Shown: positions 59,449 through 64,000 of the stretch, piece after piece
Numbering within the stretch: position 1 is the first letter of the stretch
Layout of the letters: every line of letters begins with the position of its first letter
Source of the DNA: a virus
Lineage: Duplodnaviria > Caudoviricetes
IMG/VR virus record: IMGVR_UViG_3300027860_000004
Location: 32,001-96,000 of that record
Length of the DNA stretch: 64,000 bases
Strand: one strand, 5' to 3'
Notes under the pieces: model-generated
What the model saw: only the letters and a program-made list of their open reading frames with translations
What the model was told of the DNA's origin: nothing
The model's database searches: none
Made by a program: the position numbers and the translations under genes

Positions 59449-59485
59449 GGCTAACAACCTCTTTGTTAACCATTATATTAAAAAG

Positions 59486-59728
59486 TTATTTGGTTCGACC
59501 AGCAATAGCCTCTACATAATTTTCAAGGCAACGACGAGTATGATATTCTGGATTTTTGTTATTAAATTGACTGTAGTAATTCAACAGCCCTTGCTTTTGA
59601 CTGTCACCTGGTTTAACTGTAACAGTAAACTCGTTAAACACAAATGAAACCGGATTGCCTAGCCGGTTTGCAAACTCGCGAGCATATTCAACTGCTCCGT
59701 TAATATGATGAATGCTGTTTATTGACAT
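59486..59728 (-). CDS. hypothetical protein
   Basis: TTGCAA-17-TAGAAT-6-ATG. Confidence 0.75.
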   Translation of the reverse strand: MSINSIHHINGAVEYAREFANRLGNPVSFVFNEFTVTVKPGDSQKQGLLNYYSQFNNKNPEYHTRRCLENYVEAIAGRTK

Positions 59729-59771
59729 ACTCCTATTCTATCAACTTTCTTTAGTTATTGCAAAAAAATGA

Positions 59772-60002
59772 CTAAAGAGGACCAGAACCTAAAAAGTAGT
59801 CCTCTTCCTCTTCTTCATCTTCTTCTACGGCGAAGGTGGCACTCAGTCCTGGATGACTTGTGCTAATAGTGTTATAGCGTTCTTCGGTAAGCCGAACCTC
59901 GCGTTCATAGATAGCAGAAGCGATGCGCGCAAGGCTACGTCCGTCGCTATGTTCGATACGTTGCACCAAGTCACGAATGAGGTCCTCGCGTTCAATCTTC
60001 AT
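59772..60002 (-). CDS. acidic-tailed protein
   Basis: TTGCAA-17-TAAAAT-6-ATG. Confidence 0.75.
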   Translation of the reverse strand: MKIEREDLIRDLVQRIEHSDGRSLARIASAIYEREVRLTEERYNTISTSHPGLSATFAVEEDEEEEEDYFLGSGPL

Positions 60003-60087
60003 GACCTTATTTTATCAACTAATTGGAGTTCTTGCAACTCATACTATTTATTATATAACTAAAAGAAAAAAGGAGGACGAACCTCCT

Positions 60088-60384
60088 TTAGACAGGGAAT
60101 CGAGGAAGAGGTTTTTCGGTTTGAGGGCTTGCTTTGAGAAACTCTACGTGCCCCTTTAGGTCCTCTGCTGCCTTCAAGTAATCACCACGCTTATACTTGC
60201 GGCCGGTGTATTCTGAAGCCATCTTGAGCATTTGAACAGGTCCAACGCCTCGGGTCGGAATCATCTTCAACTTTGCATAGCCGATGAGACTTTGTGCCAG
60301 GATAGCGGCCCGGAAAATATCCACATCCCCTTTGGCAAGGACTCGGCCGTTGTGGGTGCGTTCGGCAAATGATTGATTATCCAT
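60088..60384 (-). CDS. phage hypothetical protein
   Basis: TG.KYKRG.Y..A..DL; TTGCAA-17-TAATAT-6-ATG. Confidence 0.75.
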   Translation of the reverse strand: MDNQSFAERTHNGRVLAKGDVDIFRAAILAQSLIGYAKLKMIPTRGVGPVQMLKMASEYTGRKYKRGDYLKAAEDLKGHVEFLKASPQTEKPLPRFPV

Positions 60385-60449
60385 GACTTTATATTATCAA
60401 CTTTAAGAAGATATTGCAAGTCATTTTATTATTTATTATATCATTATTC

Positions 60450-60672
60450 CACAACGAGGACCGGCGCTAGGCTCGGCCCTCCTTGGGATAACGCGCTAGG
60501 TCCCGGATTTGAACCGGAAACGCCACCTATTTGCTTAGGTCCGAACCTAGATGAAGTAAGAGGATGCTCGCACAACTTTTATATGCTGCCGGTCAAGAGA
60601 GTCTTATCTCTCACGCTTTGTTTAGGCGGTCCTACTTGTCCACCTACCTAGAACCTTAGTTTGTCACTCTGT
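60450..60672 (-). ncRNA. tRNA/tmRNA-like structured RNA
   Basis: TTGACA-17-TATAAT (60679-60707), CUAGGU/ACCUAG closing stem, UCCGG-UUCAAAU-CCGGG T arm. Confidence 0.6.
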
Positions 60673-60713
60673 GATTAGATTATATCTTCTTGAAGAAGTT
60701 TTGTCAAAACCCT

Positions 60714-60902
60714 TTAGTTAGAAGGGTCAACAGATTGGAGTCTAAAGGACCGTGCGGCTTCACGCATTTCGGCAAGCATATTCTCTGCTTCACGATAGTC
60801 GCTAGGTCCTGGCGCATCCTTTGTATGGTCGCCAAGGATAACTTCAAGGGCAGCAATACGGTTCGGCGTGACCTTTACTGTTGCTTGGTTAGAAGTATCC
60901 AT
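60714..60902 (-). CDS. small hypothetical protein
   Basis: second cistron. Confidence 0.55.
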   Translation of the reverse strand: MDTSNQATVKVTPNRIAALEVILGDHTKDAPGPSDYREAENMLAEMREAARSFRLQSVDPSN

Positions 60903-60907
60903 TATTT

Positions 60908-61327
60908 TTAGATGGTTGCCTTGAAAGAAACCAGGTTGTAAGAGTAGGGCGAGTTCTTGACCAACTCTTCATATTGCGGACGAGTAAGGATACCCGCAGC
61001 AAGAAACTTTTTGGCGACCTCTACATCGGCCGTAAGTTTCTCGGGAACCTCCACAAAGTTAATCTTGAAGTTCCCCCGCTTGTTACGGAAGGTGCCGGAA
61101 ATGAAGGTTTCTTTGTTCTCACCCAGGGCCTTGCGAATGGCCTTAATCTTGGGCTTGAGGTCTTTCTCCAACTTCGTTTCCGCAGCGGATTTCAGTTCGG
61201 AGGTAAGGATATAGTCCCGAAGAACGGCAACGATTTCGGTTTGCGTATCTTCGGTAAGTGCGGTGACACCTTCTGCGGTCACGGGCACGATGACTGTTTG
61301 GGCGTTTTCGAGAAGTGTGTTGCTCAT
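60908..61327 (-). CDS. hypothetical protein
   Basis: TTGCAA-17-TATAGT-6-ATG. Confidence 0.8.
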   Translation of the reverse strand: MSNTLLENAQTVIVPVTAEGVTALTEDTQTEIVAVLRDYILTSELKSAAETKLEKDLKPKIKAIRKALGENKETFISGTFRNKRGNFKINFVEVPEKLTADVEVAKKFLAAGILTRPQYEELVKNSPYSYNLVSFKATI

Positions 61328-61397
61328 GTATAAACTATAGACCTTTCAGAGAGTTATTGCAAGCAGCGGTTGTACCCGCTTTGCCTACGGTGAAGCG

Positions 61398-61426
61398 AGT
61401 ATAACATATAAAAAACAAAAAGTCAA
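61398..61426 (-). promoter_or_regulatory. extra tandem promoter without an adjacent start codon
   Basis: TTGACT-17-TATACT followed by an AGCGG/CCGCT hairpin. Confidence 0.6.
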
Positions 61427-61473
61427 GTGCATTCTATTTATTATAGCGTTGAATAAAGAAAAAGGAGGATTTT

Positions 61474-61686
61474 TTATTTCCCCTTCTTCTCCTGTTGAAG
61501 AAAATAGTTAATGACTTCTGCTACCCGATACTTATGATTGACCCAGGTAATAGTCTCTCTGAAGATAATTTGATACCCTGCGGGGTATTCTACGATGACA
61601 AGGTTTGCATTATCAGTAGGTAAACCTGCTTTAGCAAACTCTTGCTTGATATAGTTTTTTGAGAATTTTACTTGACTAGGATTCAT
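61474..61686 (-). CDS. hypothetical protein (start MNPSQV)
   Basis: overlaps the upstream stop. Confidence 0.55.
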   Translation of the reverse strand: MNPSQVKFSKNYIKQEFAKAGLPTDNANLVIVEYPAGYQIIFRETITWVNHKYRVAEVINYFLQQEKKGK

Positions 61687-61909
61687 TGACAGTAGAAGGT
61701 AGAACGATTCGACCATCCCCCACGGCTTCGACCAGCGTGGCAAACATTTCGTTAGATGCCTTCTGTCGGTCAAGGTGACGCTGCCACGATTCCTGAAAGG
61801 CTTTGCTTTCTGCATCGCGATAACCTTTTCGATACTCAGCATCGAGCATTTCATCGAGTTCCGATTGCTTCATCATAACAATCGGGTTTTTGTCTGTGTG
61901 AATAAGCAT
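61676..61909 (-). CDS. hypothetical protein
   Basis: TTGACT-17-TATAAA-6-ATG. Confidence 0.7.
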   Translation of the reverse strand: MLIHTDKNPIVMMKQSELDEMLDAEYRKGYRDAESKAFQESWQRHLDRQKASNEMFATLVEAVGDGRIVLPSTVNES

Positions 61910-61935
61910 ATTCTATTTATAGACCTTTCAAGGAG

Positions 61936-62304
61936 TTAAGTCAAATCTCCATCATGCCCGACAGTAAACATGACAATCTCAAACATATCACGGGCTTTGA
62001 TTGCTTTAATTGCTTCGCGTTCTCCTGTGTCGAACCAAATGCAAACCGGAAAAGTTTGTGGAACCTCCATCAAACAATCAAGTAATTCCCCAACGGTCAA
62101 GGCTTGGCTTTCATCGGCCGGTTCTTCATCATAGAGGGGAGGTTCAATCGACTGAGCATTGATTGTAACCATTGACAAAGACGGCGAACCCTCTACAGTT
62201 TCATAAGAAACATTTGTAAAGAAAGAACCATCATCCACCCGGCATTCAAACTCCGGGTTAGTGTAGAGATTGCGAAGCGTTTCTCGCAGTTCGCTAACTT
62301 TCAT
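61936..62304 (-). CDS. acidic protein (start MKVSEL)
   Basis: TAATG coupling; internal repeat MKVSEL/LTVGEL. Confidence 0.7.
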   Translation of the reverse strand: MKVSELRETLRNLYTNPEFECRVDDGSFFTNVSYETVEGSPSLSMVTINAQSIEPPLYDEEPADESQALTVGELLDCLMEVPQTFPVCIWFDTGEREAIKAIKARDMFEIVMFTVGHDGDLT

Positions 62305-62495
62305 TAGCCTTGCAGAACCCCCAAGGTGCCGCAGCCCTTGCAAATATCATCCGGTTCTGGGGGATGACCAAAGTCCTCGAAAAACATTTCGATTGCTTCT
62401 GGGTCATAGTCAAGAGTGATTGTGTTAATCACTTGTCCCTGGTTTTCGCATCCCTTGGTTTCACAAACCACAGAGAAAGTCACTTCTTCTAGCAT
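62304..62495 (-). CDS. small Zn-ribbon-like acidic protein
   Basis: C...GC.N..CKGCG; TTGCAA-17-TAGAAT-6-ATG. Confidence 0.7.
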   Translation of the reverse strand: MLEEVTFSVVCETKGCENQGQVINTITLDYDPEAIEMFFEDFGHPPEPDDICKGCGTLGVLQG

Positions 62496-62521
62496 GACCT
62501 TATTCTATCAATCTTAAAGAG

Positions 62522-62713
62522 TTATTGCAAATAAGGAGGCGGAGTTAGTCCCCGCTTGTGAAGCAATCCCAATTCGTTTAGAACCGCAATAGCAGTAGCC
62601 TGCATCCGATACTCATTCCAATCCTTAAAATCAAGTCGATTCTGCGGGGTGCTATTGCGAATGGCTCTCGCAGTTCGTTCGATAAGGGCAACTTCTTCAT
62701 CGGTATAATCCAT
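62522..62713 (-). CDS. hypothetical protein
   Basis: TTGCAA-17-TATAAT-9-ATG; ends TTG-CAA-TAA. Confidence 0.7.
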   Translation of the reverse strand: MDYTDEEVALIERTARAIRNSTPQNRLDFKDWNEYRMQATAIAVLNELGLLHKRGLTPPPYLQ

Positions 62714-62798
62714 AGTCAAAACATTATATCAAGAATTAGAAGTTATTGCAAGGGTTGTTATTCAATTTATAATAGAGTAATAGTAAAAAAAGAGGCCC

Positions 62799-63293
62799 TT
62801 AGAAGGCCCCTGGGGTTAGTTGAGACTTCACAGGTGCATATACTACAACCTGTTCATTTCCGACCATTCCAAGGCGATTCTTGACCGCTTGGGATACATC
62901 TATGATTCGATGCGTCCATAGGTTTGGTCCTCTATCTTCTACTTTACAAGTAGCATACTTATGGGTCTTTACATTCTTGATAATGACCCGAGTATGAAGA
63001 GGGAAGTACCAGGAAGCGCACATATTTTTGTGGGTATCGAATATGATTCCTGAAGCAGTAGGCTTCCCTTGTGTATTGTCATCCCCCCAAGGGCATAGAT
63101 TGCGGTTTCCGGCGCATCCATACCAAGAGGCTTCACCGCGAGCCTGTTGACGAAAGTGATTGTTTTGCTGCCCATGATGAGCAGCAATTCGTCGCGTATG
63201 CTTTAGGTGAGATTGTTCACTTCGCGGATGTTCTGTGCATCCGAAGAGGGAGACTCCAATCAATATGATTGAAAGATAAACTCTTTTCGTCAT
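62799..63293 (-). CDS. RlpA-like double-psi beta-barrel lipoprotein (lytic-transglycosylase-like)
   Basis: lipobox-like LFGC, GEASWYG, TASG..FD, VEDRGP, RIIDVS. Confidence 0.85.
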   Translation of the reverse strand: MTKRVYLSIILIGVSLFGCTEHPRSEQSHLKHTRRIAAHHGQQNNHFRQQARGEASWYGCAGNRNLCPWGDDNTQGKPTASGIIFDTHKNMCASWYFPLHTRVIIKNVKTHKYATCKVEDRGPNLWTHRIIDVSQAVKNRLGMVGNEQVVVYAPVKSQLTPGAF

Positions 63294-63329
63294 GAATTAA
63301 GTTTATCATCTTCAATCAGTTAAATCAAA

Positions 63330-63485
63330 TTATTGCTGATATATTACTACTACGGGAGTATGTCCCGGAACAGGGTGATACTGAGAAAGACTTGCATCTT
63401 GCTTCAGCATTAACATAACACCCCAGAGAATGATAAGTCCGGTGACTCCACATTGAACTAGAATACCTGCAAGTTTTCTATTCAT
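63330..63485 (-). CDS. 51-aa single-TM protein (not in ORF track)
   Basis: MNRKLAGILVQCGVTGLIILWGVMLML...; abuts the upstream stop. Confidence 0.55.
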   Translation of the reverse strand: MNRKLAGILVQCGVTGLIILWGVMLMLKQDASLSQYHPVPGHTPVVVIYQQ

Positions 63486-63486
63486 G

Positions 63487-63687
63487 TCAAAAGCGCCCGT
63501 GATAATGCTTTTCCACTCGCGTAATCAACTTGACGCGCTGACCATCCTGGGTCATTTCTTTTTCTTGTTCGGACCAAGCAGGACGAGATTCACCAATGAT
63601 ACAATCCGTGCAACCGCAATCGCTTGGGTCAATATATTCGGTCGTTTCCTCAAAATAAAGGACCACACTTCTACGCTTATTATTCAT
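63487..63687 (-). CDS. small protein with CGCTDC motif
   Basis: AGAGGAGG SD before ATG 63687. Confidence 0.65.
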   Translation of the reverse strand: MNNKRRSVVLYFEETTEYIDPSDCGCTDCIIGESRPAWSEQEKEMTQDGQRVKLITRVEKHYHGRF

Positions 63688-63692
63688 GATTA

Positions 63693-63965
63693 TTAAACCT
63701 CCTCTTTTTCCAAAGATTTTTGAGATTGTAGCCATTTTTGATATTCGTGGTGACTATCATTAATGCCCCAATGACGTTTGAGGTCACGATAATTATGCCC
63801 TGTGCGAAAGCCTTGGTCAACTAATTGTTGTAAGATATTAGCGCGCATCTTACAAATGTCGCAATCAAGACCCCAATCACAAGAACTAAGTCCTACAAAT
63901 AAACTATCTGTAATGTGTGAGGCTTCTCGGTCGCTAAGATTTAATTGAATGTTCTTCTTTTCCAT
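63693..63965 (-). CDS. hypothetical protein
   Basis: TTGCAA-17-TATAAT-6-ATG. Confidence 0.75.
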   Translation of the reverse strand: MEKKNIQLNLSDREASHITDSLFVGLSSCDWGLDCDICKMRANILQQLVDQGFRTGHNYRDLKRHWGINDSHHEYQKWLQSQKSLEKEEV

Positions 63966-64000
63966 ACAAAGATTATATCGAAATCTTTTAGTTATTGCAA

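Larger units (their letters stand above)
48347..64000 (-). repeat. array of 39 dispersed promoter repeats defining short, mostly monocistronic leaderless cassettes
   Basis: plus-strand signature CAT-N6-AnnnTA-N17-(TGTCAA|TTGCAA) recurs, e.g. 49013-49050, 49935-49972, 54832-54869, 63963-64000. Confidence 0.93.

Noticed and set aside
60496-60651. Canonical tRNA or full tmRNA
   Set aside because: No 7-nt anticodon loop at the expected place, no CCA, no alanine identity pair, and too short for a standard tmRNA; kept only as tRNA-like
48163-63696. Plus-strand ORFs in the array (e.g. 48440-48880, 50996-51613, 52638-53060, 55161-55634, 60974-61333)
   Set aside because: Antisense shadows of minus-strand genes that have their own promoters; expected in GC-richer DNA
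50299-63735. ORF-track starts at 50580, 55549, 56559, 57619, 58329, 61854, 62343, 63735
   Set aside because: Downstream ATGs fit the promoter geometry, an SD or translational coupling; the longer versions overlap promoters or other genes
48347-64000. CRISPR array or integron attC array as explanation for the repeats
   Set aside because: Repeats are degenerate promoter boxes with variable spacers separated by whole genes; no identical direct repeats, no attC-type sites, and no integrase or cas operon in the window

Overview
Fragment of a large tailed dsDNA phage with two very different parts. (1) 1-48,100 is AT-rich. It holds a minus-strand head and packaging module: HK97-fold major capsid, decoration protein, scaffold, prohead protease, MuF-like protein, portal, and a large terminase with a mini-intein. 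Mostly plus-strand accessory genes follow (Hsp20, two T5orf172/GIY-YIG proteins, AlkB, ATP-grasp protein, DRB0094-type RNA ligase), with a Rad52/Sak annealase inside the head module. (2) From about 48,300 to the window end the DNA is GC-richer and forms a head-to-tail array of short minus-strand units. I located 39 sigma70-type promoters (TTGACA/TTGCAA-like -35, 17 bp spacer, TAnnnT -10). In 33 of them the -10 sits 6-9 nt before a start codon, implying leaderless mRNAs. The other 6 have no start codon at +1; several of these precede structured RNA candidates, including a tRNA/tmRNA-like RNA. The array also carries tRNA-Leu(UAA), an HNH endonuclease, a ribosomal L7/L12-CTD-like protein, an RlpA-like lipoprotein and acidic DNA-mimic candidates. 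All family calls come from motif recognition by eye; no database searches were run.
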